A stretch of DNA of 64,000 bases from Antedon mediterranea (Eukaryota; Animalia; Echinodermata), in assembly GCF_964355755.1 (NCBI RefSeq), contig NC_092673.1:23433648-23497647 (forward strand), written 5' to 3'. Made by a program: the position numbers and the translations under genes. This document shows, in pieces, positions 1 to 14,495 of the stretch. Within the stretch, counting starts at the first letter, position 1. Each line of letters begins with the position of its first letter. The notes below the pieces were generated by a model. That model saw only the letters and a list, made by a program, of their open reading frames with translations. It was not told the DNA's origin and searched no databases.

Positions 1-444
1 GGCTGGAAAAAATAAAAGTGGGCTGGCTTATTGTTGGCTGGCTTATTGTTGGCTAGCTTGACACAAGCCAGCAGGCAGCAGTTTTCAAAGTTTATACTAT
101 AGCGCCCTCAATATTATTGTTTGTCCCATTTTTCTGCTGGTGGTGGTAGTGTTTTGAAACTGACACAAAACCAGGCAGTCTCATGCTAAATTAAAATCCT
201 GATCTTTATGTTAAGTTTTCAAATGTATTATAATTATATATAGCAAACGACGTTTTCAGGTAAATATTTATGTACAATTTTCACTAATAAACTATTACTT
301 ATTAGTAGGCTAATGGAGATGGCAATAGGCTAGGCGCCGGCTCTACTTGTTGGTTGAGGCCTAGGGCCTAGGCTAGGCCTAGCTAGGCTAGAGGCCTACT
401 CAGATCAGAATCATGCTCTACTACTAGGCTATAAGGCGGTGTCA

Positions 445-2288
445 GATGAAATCGGTCGCGTTTGAAATCGGTCGCGATAAAATCAACTTCCGGTATTTTG
501 TATGGCGCGCCGCTAGAGCTATACGTTTAATGATATCGGTCGCGTTTGAAATCGGTCGCACTAGGCCCTAGGCCTAGATACATTTTTAATGAAAACGCTA
601 ATTATGTTTTTAGTTAATTTTGAATATAGAATTTCTAATACTATTAACATTTTTTTTACCTCGATCGTTATTATTTTTTTAGTACAGTAAATATAAATAT
701 TTATTTCATTATTTATAAATAATTTGTGTTTTCATTTTATCTTACAGACAGGTGTCAATGAATAATTGTAATGTGTTTAGAAAATCGTTTTAAAAAGTGT
801 TTAAGTTTTTTAAAAGATTAGCATGCCACTGTTTTAAAAATGTTGAAATAATTTATTGCGTATCACAGTTAATTACGAAACTAGTTCTATACCTGCAAGT
901 GGATACCAGCCACGAGGTTTATGCAATAAAGGAAGATGATGTATGACGATGATTTTTACGTTTGATATCCGCCACTCTTACGTGAGCATGGTTTTAGGAT
1001 AATACTAATATTAATAAAATAATATGCCGTTATAAATCAATCTACCGGGCCTATACAGTAGGACTATGCTGTACAATAGGCCTAGATGTGAGAATAATAA
1101 TGGATGGATAATAAAGGTGGGCACGATTCTCAAAGAGGTAATCTTGCACTGATATTTAAACATTTAGATTTACGAACGGCGTACGGATGTGAGATACTTG
1201 GTACTAAATTATTTACATTAAGTGATCATTATAAATGAAGAAATAAAAGATATTAAAATTAAAAACTATAGTATCGCCGACGTATATACGTATTATATAC
1301 ATTATTTCAAAATGGAACTAGGTTTCACAAAAGCACGTGCAGGCCTATTGATGTTTCAACCGTATGGTTATTAGTAATAGGCCTAGTATACGTCATCTTT
1401 ACATGGCCATGGACAACGATACGTGTTTTGTCCATGATTTGACACACTAGTGCGTGTTTTTTTTAAAAGGGAATCCCCGTCAGCAAAATAACGTGCAGTT
1501 AACGTCAGCACGATCATATCCACGATATGGCATATTTCGGGGTTTATTTCAGTAACTCGCCTTTAAACGATCCGCATATAATAATCATTTTTTACTAGAA
1601 AATATTTTAGGCCTAAACATTAGTAATAAAAATATACACGTCGTGATTTGCCTCAACAATAATCATTATATACTTAATATTATCCTACATAACGTACAGA
1701 CATAAATAAAATAGAAATTAAAATAAGGTGATCCAATAATAGTAAATTTTTAACGACATCGATATTATCTGCCACAAAAATGGATATGCTGGCTTTACGG
1801 GCTATAAATTTAACAATTAATGTTTTTAAATAAATTGTTCTCTTTTACGTAATTGTTTGCATAATAAAAGACACAGACGTATATTCTCTATATATATTAA
1901 TAACAGTACATAATAAAATAGAGGTAAATTATTATATGCCTAATAAAATATTTAAACGTGTTTAGAAATGTCCATTTTGAAAAGACACAGTCCTTCTTCT
2001 CTGAGACCTGTGAAATTAAAAAAAAATGATTAATAATAAATATTTATTAACCAAAATAAAAAATATCCACATACCGTAAATAATCTAGTTCCTAAAAAAT
2101 ATCAATTAAATCTAGACTATATAAACGAAGAAAATGATTATCCCGCTAGCATGCATCTCGCTCCATAAAAAATAGCGCGACCGATTTCAAACGCGACCGA
2201 TTTCAAACGTATAGCTCTAGCGGCGCACCATACAAAATACCGGAAGTTGATTTTATCGCGACCGATTCCAAACGCGACTGATTTCATC
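445..2288. mobile_element. Non-autonomous DNA transposon-like element, ~1.85 kb, with ~115-bp terminal inverted repeats
   Basis: 445-559 (GATGAAATCGGTCGCGTTTGAAATCGGTCGCGATAAAATCAACTTCCGGTATTTTGTATGG...) is the near-perfect reverse complement of 2177-2288. Each TIR carries four GAAATCGGTCGC subrepeats. The interior is AT-rich with no ORF in the track. No clear TSD found. Confidence 0.85.
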
Positions 2289-2491
2289 GTAAACCCTATA
2301 GGCTAGCTAGGGCCTAGTAGGCCTACTACTACTACTACCACCTAGGCTAGGTCCTAGGTAAGCCTAGGCCTACTAGTACTACTAGCCTGTGGCAGTGGTT
2401 GGTTGGAAATAGATAGGCCACACTATATGACCATGATTTTTATGACAATATTATTTTTTCTAGATCAGCAAAAGCGCACGCACAAATAATA

Positions 2492-5400
2492 ATGCCCAAG
2501 GGTGAAAAAGGTATCTTGGGGTATCGTAAAACGCCAGGGAAAGAAATTCTGTTTTCATTTGTACCGCGAAAAGGTAATGAATGTGCGTCAGATGAAGAGG
2601 ACTCAGATTATGAACCGTCAGATGAAGAAAGAGATGAGCAAAGCGTGATAAAAAGGTAATTGACGCGGCATAGGTTGAAGTTCAAGTAAAAAAAAATTGA
2701 AATTAAATAGTTTTTTGTCCCCGAAAAATAATACAATATGTCCTTATTCAATTATGTGCAACTTTAAGTAAAACCATCCTTCCTTTCTTTGGAGCATCAC
2801 TATTAAGTCCTAGAAAAGGGAGAAAATTATTTGATAACACTATAATAGCACTTAAAGTGGACACGTCGTTGAGAAGGTGTCCATAGAACTTTTATTGTAT
2901 GTTTTAAAATATGGTATTTGATTGTAATTTAATCTCTATCTGCATAATTTACATTTTCTTAAGCAAAAGTGCCTCTAAACTAATAACATCCAAGTTCAAA
3001 GGTGACAGCAAGCAGGGAAAAAAGCGAACAAGAAAAAGCAAACAGAAGGAAAAGATAATGAAGCGGAGAAGAAACATGGTAAGCGATTTGTCTCCGCCTG
3101 CATCATCTTCGAAAGGATTTCAGCCAGCAGCAGAGAATGGACATCAATTTTGGGGTCAGCTTCTTCCAATCGAGATTCTTGTCCGTGTATTTGAGGTTGT
3201 TGTACAAGAGAAAGGGGCTGTACCATTTCTTTGTAGGTATGTTTTAAACACATTATTTATCTAATGAAATAGTTCAGATATCCTAAAATTGGTGGGGTTT
3301 CCTGATAAATGTACAATTTCTCCGAACATCTCGATGGCGCACAAGTTTACTATTAATAGGTTACAAATGCCGCTCTTTGAAAGTACACAGAAATAGCTTG
3401 GTATTTAGGATCAACCAAAATAGCGCCCTCTATGATTGTATTTATTTAAAAGAAATATAATGTCCTAAATTTTAGAATGTCGTGATATTTTATTTTTTTA
3501 AAGTTTGTTTACTACTATGTGTACATCCATTATGTGATTCCCTAACTTGAGCCATTTTTCTTTTAACTTTAGAGTATCACGTGTTTGCCATCTGTGGCGA
3601 GAGGCTGCATCTAAACCATCTCTATGGCAACGTATTGACCTCTCTTTTGGTTGGGTGAAATCTATAGCACATACCTTAAATATATTACTGGAAAACCGTC
3701 TGTCTCGTCTAAAAGTATTAAATTTATCAATGAGTGCCAAACTGACAGATAAAGAAATAAAGGTAACTCTCTATTAACTTTATTTTCTTTTTGCTTTTGA
3801 TAATTTAAATTAATATTTCCAGCCCTCTAGAATATTCATGTCTAGTAGTGACATCAAAAGAAGTAATGCAGTTCAGAATGTGGCACAATAATAGTGACAA
3901 ACCTGATTGAGTCATGTGGTGGTGACGAATCTTCTAGAATGCAACCTGTACAAAATTGAGTTTTAAATAATATTTGTTTTTGTTGTTTTTACAGTTGATA
4001 GTTGAGAAATGTCAACTTCTGGAGTCCATCAACCTAACCGGCTGTATCAAGTTGACACCAGCGTCGTTTAAACTATTGTCAACTAAATGTCAACATCTCA
4101 AAGCTCTCAATTTATCAAAGTTAACTGTACGTTGTTGTCTATAGGCTTGGTCATAGGTTCAGGTCTTGTATCTGTACATTTTTCTCATGGTTAAAACACC
4201 ACTTTTTAGCCAAACAGCAAGACAATGTATTTAGGCGTATGGATATGATTAAAATAAAAAAAGACAATATTATAATTGAGGAGAGTTTTAAGAAACAGAT
4301 TGCTTACAACATACCCATATAGTTTTCAGAAACTGTTGTCTTAGACTCTACAAATTCATTCTAATTAAAAATTTATAACTAGATAATTGAAGAATGATTT
4401 TACAATGCTGTTCACCAATTTCTGCAATCTCAGTATCTTGCATTTTTGTACATATATTTTTTGTTTCATTTTATAACCATGAATACCAATTTATGATTTT
4501 TTGTAGAGTTCAATTTTAACGCCTGTTTTGTTGAAGTACATGGTGGAGACGTTTAACAGTCGCCTGGAAGAGTTCATTATCACAACATCGCAATTGAGAG
4601 GCTTCCAGTCAGTTTTAAAGTCGCTAATGGTGAGATATATCTGGGCAAATTGTACACAGGAAGGCAGCATCCTTTCTGCAGCCATGAAGTGTTGATGCAT
4701 TACAGTGTAGCTGACATACACCCTACCTAGCTACTTACCTTTCTACCTACTGACCTACCTACATACCTATCGACCTAGCTACCTACTGACCTAGCTAGCT
4801 ACCAACCTAGCTAGCTACCGACCTACTTATCTATACTGACCTACCTACATACCTATCTATCTACCTACCTACTGACCTAGCTACATACCTATCGACCTAG
4901 CTACCTACCGACCTACTTATCTATACTGACCTACCTACATACCTATCTATCTACCTACCTACTGACCTACCTACATACCTATCTACCTACCGACCTACTT
5001 ATCTATACTGACCTACCTACATACCTATCTATCTACCTACCTACTGACCTACCTACATACCTATCGACCTAGCTACCTACCGACCTACTTATCTATACTG
5101 ACCTACCTACATACCTATCTATCTACCTACCTACTGACCTACCTACATACCTATTGACCTACCGACCTACTTATCTATACTGACCTACCTACATACCTAT
5201 CTATCTACCTACCTACTGACCTACCTACATACCTACCGACCTAGCTACCTACCGACCTACTTATCTATACTGACCTACCTACATACCTATCTATCTACCT
5301 ACCTACTGACCTAGCTACTGTAGCTACCGACCTAGCTACCTACCGACCTACTTATCTATACTGACCTACCTACATACCTATCTAGTTATTTATCTACCTA

Positions 5401-8400
5401 CTTACAGTACCTACCTATCTACCTACTGACCTATCTACCTACTGACCTATCTACCTACTGACCTATCTACCTACTGACCTATCTACCTACTGACCTATCT
5501 ACCTACTGACCTATCTACCTACTGACCTACCTACCTACCGACCTACCTACCTACCGACCTACCTACCGACCTACCTACCTACCGACCTACCTACCTACCG
5601 ACCTACCTACCTACCGACCTACCTACCTACCGACCTACCTACCTACCGACCTACCTACCTACCGACCTACCTACCGACCTACCTACCTACCGACCTATCT
5701 ACCTACCGACCTATCTACCTACCGACCTATCTACCTACCGACCTATCTACCTACCGACCTATCTACCTACTGACATACCTACATACAACCTACCTACCTA
5801 CCGACCTATCTACCTACCGACCTATCTACCTACCGATCTATCTACCTACCGATATACCTACATACAACCTACCTACCTATCAACCTTTCTAACCCTACCG
5901 ACCTAACTACCTACCGACCTATCTACCTACCGACCTATCTACCTACCGACCTAACTACCTACCGACCTATCTACCTACCGACCTATCTACCTACTGACAT
6001 ACCTACATACAACCTACCTACCTACCGACCTATCTACCTACCGACCTATCTACCTACCGATCTATCTACCTACCGATATACCTACATACAACCTACCTAC
6101 CTATCAACCTTTCTAACCCTACTGACCTATCTACCTACCGACCTATCTACCTACCGATCTATCTACCTACCGATATACCTACATACAACCTACCTACCTA
6201 TCAACCTTTCTAACCCTACTGACCTATCTACCTACCGATCTATCTACCTACCGACCTATCTACCTACCGACCTATCTACCTACCGATATACCTACATACA
6301 ACCTACCTACCTATCAACCTTTCTAACCCTACTGACCTAACTACCTACCGACCTATCTACCTACCGACCTATCTACCTACCGATCTATCTACCTACCGAC
6401 CTATCTACCTACCGACCTATCTACCTACCGATCTATCTACCTACCGATATACCTACATACAACCTACCTACCTATCAACCTTTCTAACCCTACTGACCTA
6501 ACTACCTACCGACCTATCTACCTACCGATCTATCTACCTACCGATCTATCTACCTACCGACCTATCTACCTACCGATATACCTACATACAACCTACCTAC
6601 CTATCAACCTTTCTAACCCTACTGACCTAACTACCTACCGACCTATCTACCTACCGATCTATCTACCTACCGATCTATCTACCTACCGATCTATCTACCT
6701 ACCGATATACCTACATACAACCTACCTACCTATCAACCTTTCTAACCCTACTGACCTAACTACCTACCGACCTATCTACCTACCGATCTATCTACCTACC
6801 GACCTATCTACCTACCGACCTATCTACCTACCGATCTATCTACCTACCGATCTATCTACCTACCGATCTATCTACCTACCGATCTATCTACCTACCGATA
6901 TACCTACATACAACCTACCTACCTATCAACCTTTCTAACCCTACTGACCTAACTACCTACCGACCTATCTACCTACCGATCTATCTACCTACCGATATAC
7001 CTACATACAACCTACCTACCTATCAACCTTTCTAACCCTACTGACCTATCTACCTACCGACCTATCTACCTACCGATCTATCTACCTACCGATCTATCTA
7101 CCTACCGACCTATCTACCTACCGACCTATCTACCTACCGATCTATCTACCTACCGACCTATCTACCTACCGATCTATCTACCTACCGATATACCTACATA
7201 CAACCTACCTACCTATCAACCTTTCTAACCCTACTGACCTATCTACCTACCGACCTATCTACCTACCGACCTATCTACCTACCGACCTATCTACCTACCG
7301 ACCTATCTACCTACCGACCTATCTACCTACCGATCTATCTACCTACCGACCTATCTACCTACCGATCTATCTACCTACCGATATACCTACATACAACCTA
7401 CCTACCTATCAACCTTTCTAACCCTACTGACCTAGCTACCTACCTACATATGTACCGAACTACCTATCTCAATGTTGGATATTATGTGAGGTAAAATATT
7501 TACAGGTGGATAACAAATAGAGGATACTTAAGCACCTTGTTGCAAATAGGATGTAAAGCTGATAATTATCATTCAGACTATAATTTCTCAAATGTCTCAT
7601 TAACAAATGAAATTCTCATGACTAAAAATACCTGCATTTTCAAAGGAAATACATACATAATTGTTTTAATTTTTCTACAGACTTGCTGTAAAAATTTACG
7701 GTTACTAGATTTATCCAATTGCAAGTTTTCTTCCGATTTTCTTATGATTCCAATTGAGGAGTTTCAAGATGGTTGTCCTAATCTAGAGATTCTTCGTCTC
7801 ACAGGGTCTAAAGTACGAGCTAACCAAGTCTCAAAAAGAGTTAAGGTAAAACCCTGTCTACACAATCAAACTAGTTTGAAAAAAAAGGGGTTATATGCCC
7901 AAATATGGTAGTGATATCACATCATCATATCCACATATAGGCGCATCACATTTTGTTGTCACATAAAGTTTGATAGTGTAGACAGAGCTCTAGAATACTT
8001 TTCACTAAAAACACATGTAATACCCTTTTCACATCTGGAAAAAGTAACCATTTTTCTTTCTGGTTTTAGGAAGAATCTTTAGGTTTTCCTAAACTAAAAG
8101 AAGTAAGTGTAGCAGTGAACATAACCACTACTCTAAGCATCAGTCTAGGAATTACTGATGAATTTCTACTTCGTTTGCTAAAGACTTCAAGCAAGTTAAA
8201 ACACCTTGATCTACGTGGATGCACACACATTACAGCGGATGTCCTTCAGGTAGATAGTGTGAATGTGGGGTAATAAGCTGTGATTTGCAGCCTTACTGGG
8301 CTGAATTGCACACATGTGTAAACAGCACATACAATAACTTTCTTCTCCCCCCAAAGGTTCCTTCATGTTGAGTACAGCCACCAAACAGTGGCGTTCGTCT

Positions 8401-10034
8401 GTCCACGACAGGGGCTGAATGGACCAGTACACTGGGGTAACCCCCTACTCATCGAGCCAGATGTGTACACTGGACCTTCAGGTGCAACACAAGGAAAATT
8501 GCATTGCAAGTGATAAATCATGACACAATGAATGATTCGAACTGTCAATTTGCGTTGCATGTACTCTTTGCATTGCGACCAAGAGAAACAAGCTTAAAGC
8601 TCTAAATACACTATCAAACTAGTTTGACAAAAAAAGTGTGATGTTCCCAAATATGGTAGTGATATGACGTCATCATTTTTTTGATACATAAAGTTTGATA
8701 GTGTAGACAAGGCTTTACATACAACTGTTTATTCAAATATGGTACTTTTTTTCTCCTAGAAATTATTGTTAGATGCTTTGGAAGAGCTGTTTATCTCACA
8801 ATGTTCGGTTTCTAAATATGAAGGCATTGCAGTCATTGTACAAAAGGTAATATATATAATGTACTGGAATTTTTTGCAATGTTAAATTTTTTTTGTAATA
8901 GGTAGATTTAAATGGCTTCGTATTACAATGTACCCCGCTTTTTTTTTTATTCAGTTTTATGACAAGCTATCGATTAGATACACAGGACATGTAAGCAACT
9001 GGATAGAAAAGTCGCCTTTTAACATATATATTTCTAAAATTTCTTATCATTAAGCGCAATGAAGTATTAATATACAGTGTAATGATTGTGCTATATAAGC
9101 CTAAGTAATAAGTAAAGGCTACATTAGTCCATTATACATATCATAGTGTACTAACTGATTCTCATTACTGTATACTGTATATAATTTGTCCAGTATCATA
9201 GGCAGATTCTGTAATGCAGTGTCACATGTGTATCACACGTGATATCTAACTTTTCTAATTAACTTTTTCTGCTTTTTTGCTAGTGGATGCACAGCTTGAT
9301 AGAGTTGGATTTATCATGGAATGTGTTTCCTGGCATGTCACTTGATATAGCCATGAAAAAGTTATCAAGTACACCTCAACAATCAAGCCTTCGCATCCTA
9401 AACCTAAGTGGCACGTCCATAACGGCACACAGAGTCAAGTAAGCTATCAGTATTTTTGTTAAATATCATTGTAGCATAATGATGCTATGTGGATATAATG
9501 ATACAGCACATAGCAATAGTAAAGTTGGATTGTCTAATAACATTCAACTGCAAGGATGTGACAATGCCTAACTATTAATTGTCGGCACACCGGGAACAAC
9601 AAGGCTGTTATTGTTACCAGGTTTTTTTTGTTAGCTTATGAACAGTTTTACATATAATGATGTGCATGTGCAGTGGCGTAATCTGAGGCCCCTGGTTTAG
9701 GAACCCTGAGTGGCCCTCTAACACTGGAGGCGTGGGGTGTTTTTAGCCTTTTCGACATATTTTAATCCCTGTTTTTTCGTCTGGGCACTGCTCAGGCCCC
9801 ATAAGCCTGAGCAGTGAGAGAGTCCTGGAATTGTATTTATTTGAATAATTCTGAACCTATTTATACTTTTTTCTTAGATCATTGCTAGAAGGCTGTCCAC
9901 GTCTTTCAAGCCTTGACTTGACCTCGTGCCGTGGCTTGCCTCGAGGAATGAAGCAGGAATATGAAGGAGAACGTCTTGTCAGCCTAAAAGAGAATATTGA
10001 TAGTGTCATTGAGGAAGATGAGCCTGGTTCGTGA
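2492..10034 (+). CDS. FBXL6: F-box/leucine-rich-repeat protein, FBXL6-like (~541 aa, 10 coding exons)
   Basis: Phase-consistent GT-AG exons: 2492-2655, 2964-3236, 3573-3762, 3995-4126, 4507-4629, 7681-7845, 8070-8249, 8760-8846, 9284-9438, 9878-10034 (1626 nt, ends TGA). F-box [14 protein letters not shown]...[26 protein letters not shown], LRRs ([36 protein letters not shown]) and C-terminal [14 protein letters not shown] resemble FBXL6 as recalled. Confidence 0.88.
4722..7465. repeat. Complex (ACCT)n-derived satellite with 16-bp units and a higher-order repeat, in FBXL6 intron 5
   Basis: Continuous CTAC/ACCT-based array with units such as GACCTATCTACCTACC, and a recurring spacer GATATACCTACATACAACCTACCTACCTATCAACCTTTCTAACCCTACT from ~5760 onward. 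Confidence 0.95.
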
Positions 10035-10060
10035 TGCAATATCTGTGAAATTTAAGTCTT

Positions 10061-10220
10061 AAGCTCTGTCTACGCTATTAAACTAGTTAGACCAAAAAAG
10101 TGTAATGTGCCCAAATATGGTGGTGATATGCCCAAATATGGTAGTGATATGAGATCATTATGTCCATATTAGCACATCACATTTTTTTGTCACATAAAGT
10201 TTGATAGTGTAGACAGAGCC
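10061..10220. mobile_element. MITE family A (~140-160 bp, TIR AGCTCTGTCTACACTATCAAAC), representative copy in the FBXL6 3' region
   Basis: Ends match AGCTCTGTCTAC(A/G)CTAT...ATAGTGTAGACAGAGC with a CCCAAATATGGTAGTGATAT core. Related copies at about 7854-7989, 8597-8714, 11530-11647, 13146-13411 (interrupted), 42565-42684, 54029-54159, 57816-57956, 57959-58083 and 61457-61615. Confidence 0.85.
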
Positions 10221-10914
10221 TTACACATTTTAAGTATATGCAATTTTATACACTATATAATTATTATAACAAAGCTAAGGTGAAGTAACACAATTAAATT
10301 AAAGGCAAAACCGTGTTAAACAGGGCACTGTGTGTAAGTTACAATGGTTCCGCTTAGCATAGCTCACAAGGAGATTCTAGACGCATCGTAGGCATGTTAT
10401 CACACGACCAATTTATGTGACTTTATAGTTATGTTCAGACGGCCTTAAACACTGTATTACTTTTGTTTATATCTATTTTACAATGCAATATAGGTTATAT
10501 ATGCAAGGTGATATATATCCTTGTTTTATACCGCATATGGAATTGATTGGGGGAGAGAGAATAAATGCCAATGGCGTCGGTAGAGTTGGCATTGAAATGT
10601 ATTCGTTAAATTTTATGGCATTTTTTTTCCTCTTTTTTTTCAACCAATTTGTATTAGTTTATAATGAATTAATGAATTTTAAATTATGTTCTTGGTATTC
10701 CATTTTTAAACCTTTCCTTTATATTTTGTAATTACATTTCAATTGAAGGAAATAATGTTTTGAACTAGTGTTACAATGTATGTGTAGCCTATCTATTCCC
10801 TTTACTATGGGAACAAGTATTAGTTATTCACTTTGACCAAAAATTGGATCGAAAATATTAATAATGTACCTAGAAAAAAATAACTAAAGTAAAAAGTATT
10901 TATAAAAAATTAGT

Positions 10915-11018
10915 TTTTTAGTTGTGTGCTAACGCGACTCTACAGCTCACTATGTCGGTCGGTAAACACTAACTCAAATTTGGGCAGGTGGCTGCAACCA
11001 TGTATATGGCCTTGTTTT
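10915..11018 (+). mobile_element. Short Helentron/DINE-1-like non-autonomous element (putative)
   Basis: T-run start TTTTTAGTTGTGTGCTAACGCGACT (5' stem-loop), a short GTCG repeat, and 3' end CCATGTATATGGCCTTGTTTT. The layout resembles HINE/DINE elements. Confidence 0.4.
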
Positions 11019-14000
11019 CCTACAGAAGTGAATGACTTTATTAAAAATGCTAAATAGCATATTATTCAAAGTGTGATTTTATTAATCTTCTTAATGTTTT
11101 GAGGACAAGACCTTTCTGAAAACACTATTTCACAATATGTATACAGTATTTGTATTTTGTATATATTGTTTCATTTTATTACCATTCTGTTGTAAATAAT
11201 TTTACTTTTTGATTGAAAATCATTGTTACTGTATTTGAAGATTTTAATTTTGTCATTGTTTTGCATTTCTAGAACTAACATTTTGTTATCATTTTGGCCA
11301 GTATTGGTTATGTATTATGTTTACAATGTTTTAACTTATTTTGGGGTAAATAAAAAAAAGAAAGTATACTGGTAATACTTAAGCCCTCTTTTGCAATGTG
11401 AATGTGCTATTTTATTTGAAGTAATAAGCTAATTATAATGCCATCATCAGATTATAACTACACCGGTAAAGGTCAATTTACACAGACGAGCGCTGAATAG
11501 CGGTAGGAATAAATACATTATACATTATACATTATCAATCTTTGTTACAAAAAAATGTGATGTGCACGATGACGTCATATCACTACCATATTTGGGCACA
11601 TCAAACATATTTTTTGTCAAATTAGTTTGATAGTGTAGACAGAGCTTTATCAATAGAAATAGATACGATTCACATCATGAGTTGATTCCCAATTTCACAA
11701 GCTGATGACCCAATGTTCACCCCTACACAGAACAAACAATACAAAATGTTTTATAATCTGAAATGAGGTACAAAAATACAATTTCATTAGAACCCCTATT
11801 AAAGGAGAACATAGCAAACTTTTAGGCCAAACCAAAAGTATCCCTTTAATAGGGGTTAAGCACAGTGTTAAACAAATATTTCTCTTCGTTTCACATGAAA
11901 GAGTCGTCCTCTAAATTAAAAAAAAAAAAATACTGAATCAGAATTGGCCGATATTCCAACCTGCCCCAAAGTAGAGCATAATGACTACACAGAGACACAC
12001 AGACTATACTATATCTAAAAATAGGTTTAAAACCAATTATTTTAGCTGATCTTAAACTTTCCTGAATAGGCCTATTGCATGTCTCTGAATCGATTATTGT
12101 ACTACTATTCACATACAATTTATATACACAGTATTCGCCGAAACTCACGTAATACCACCACGTTTATACATTCAATAAGTTTACCAAGACGGTTACAAAT
12201 TACGTTTAAAATTCGCGCCCTAATGCTTCGTTCTCAATAGAGTCTGACGCAACGTAGGGATTTGACCAATCAAAAGCGATATGATATCGCGTACTGGTAA
12301 ACTTGCTTGTGTTGCATCTATTTATTTAATTTTTTTTTTATTATTTAGCTGGCGGGATTGTCATGCTCGAATATAGATGCGCTATCTAAACCCCTGTCTT
12401 AGAGATGGAACATATATCGTCAATCTATGACTGTGATGTTGTTGTCACTTGTGACGATGATGATGACATAAACACAATAATTTGTAGATAATAATTGAGA
12501 TAATTTACCTGACCTTATTAAACACAATTAATTGACGATATCGCTTGATAATAATTACTAGTTATTTCTAATTAGCTCGAGTGAAACTTGTTCAGCTAAT
12601 TATTTCTTTTCATTGAAATCATGGACGAATCATTTTGTGTTCTAATTGATGTAGGAACGTAACTACCTAATTATTATCCATTTACCTTCCATTAAAAAAA
12701 AGACCTCTTATAATGAGTGAATAGGTCTTGAATCTGTACGGTGGAAGCTCAATATCATATAGATAGAACGAAATTTTCGCACCAAACCACCGGGGCGTCA
12801 ACTCCGGAGGGTCTCCAGAGTTTTGCTATTGGTGTGAAAGGGGTAATAGACTGGCTTGGGCATATCTCTGGGATTTAGAGAACATAATAACATCAAAGCA
12901 AGCTTTTACACGACGGATAAAGCAAAACAATATGCTGTCTAGATCGATTGTTTATACTATATCGGAAACCAAACTAAAAAATGTCCATATCGTTAACAAA
13001 ATTATTGTTCATACTAGAAGTATATCAGGGGCGGTATTAAGTATGCGATGTATTACAGATACTGTATATTATCCCTTTGAAAAATAATGTGTAAACATTA
13101 TTGCAAAACCAGTAATGCAAAGAACAAGAAACCTATTGTCTGTAAAGCTCCGTCTACACTATCAAACTTTATGTGACAAAAAAATGTGATGTGCCCATAT
13201 ATGGACATGATTATGTCATATCACACTGTATTATATTTAATTAAGTTTCTCTTTTGTATATTTTGATTAAGACATGACCACAATGTAAAACAGATACACT
13301 GTTATCTGATTGTTTAATCCTGTATAAATATATAATTTATTATTATTATTATTATTATTATATCACTACCCCTATTTGGCCACATCACACTTGTTTAGTG
13401 TAGACAGAGCTAAGACAACGAGTGAGGAGGGGGAAGAATTATTAGGGTATAGTCTGTGGGTGATTCAGACACCAAATCATGGGATATTGGTTGTCACCGA
13501 TCACATTCCGTAAAGAGTGTCAGCCAGAGTCGACATTCCTGATCAGATTTTTTTCTGTTTTATCTTGTTCTTTGTATCATGATATCACTTTCATATTTAT
13601 TAGGATATTTCTTGGTATCGGCATCACAGATTAAATTACTTTTGAAATTCATCTTTTATAACAATTTAACAACTCAAGGATTTTTATTCTTACATTACTC
13701 ATCATATTTAATCATATTTAATATATTTAAATACAAATATATGTTGGTGCGTCATTAAAAATGTGATTTATTACTATAATTGTGATACGACATTCTATAT
13801 AAAACTTTTCAAACAGCTCTATTTACTTGGTTCTTGGGGTCAGTACATATTTATGCAAAAATATTTTGGCATCAAAAATATTGATGCCAAATGTGTCTGT
13901 CGTTAGGCCTATATCTTTTTTTTTTGTTCTAAATTTTGATTTCGTATAATTTAAAAAAGAAAATCTATTAACTTGGTTCACATGAGGGAGGTGTACATTG

Positions 14001-14124
14001 ACAATGAATTAGAACAAAAGCCAACTTGTGCGATAGGGCAATTAACCAATGGTTACGAAGTATCGATTACTTACTACGACATGAATGATGAAATGTTCTC
14101 ACTCGACTAATGTTAGTCTTAATT

Positions 14125-14495
14125 ACATACTGCAGCGAACAGGACATAGACAATAACAATAACAGGTAATGTTAGTTAAGTTGGTCTAAGCTTTTCATTT
14201 CCATATAGAAAATTAGTACAATAATATACCTGTAGTTTTACTGTGTTCATTTTCATCTTTGCAATTGCCGACAAAAAATTTTTACAAAGTATTTGAAATA
14301 TATTAATATTGTATTATTTTTCACATACAGCAGGGAACAGGACAGAAATAATAACAGGTAATTTTTGGTCAAAGCTTTTCTATTCAGTACAATAATATAA
14401 TGATAGTTTTACTGTATTCATTTTCATCTTTGCAATAATTGCCAATATTTTTTGAAGAAAAAAAGTTTGCAAAATATTTAAAATATATTATTCTT
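14125..14495. repeat. Imperfect ~190-bp tandem duplication
   Basis: GAACAGGACA...ATAACAGGTAAT...AAGCTTTTC...AGTACAATAATAT...TAGTTTTACTGT.TTCATTTTCATCTTTGCAAT occurs twice in succession. Confidence 0.8.

Noticed and set aside
5885-7430. TAACCC words suggesting interstitial telomere repeats
   Set aside because: They occur singly within the satellite spacer and never as tandem (TTAGGG)n.
8270-8560. Possible intronic snoRNA in FBXL6 intron 7
   Set aside because: No convincing C/D or H/ACA box arrangement with terminal stem; the GC-richer patch looks more like a dispersed repeat fragment.
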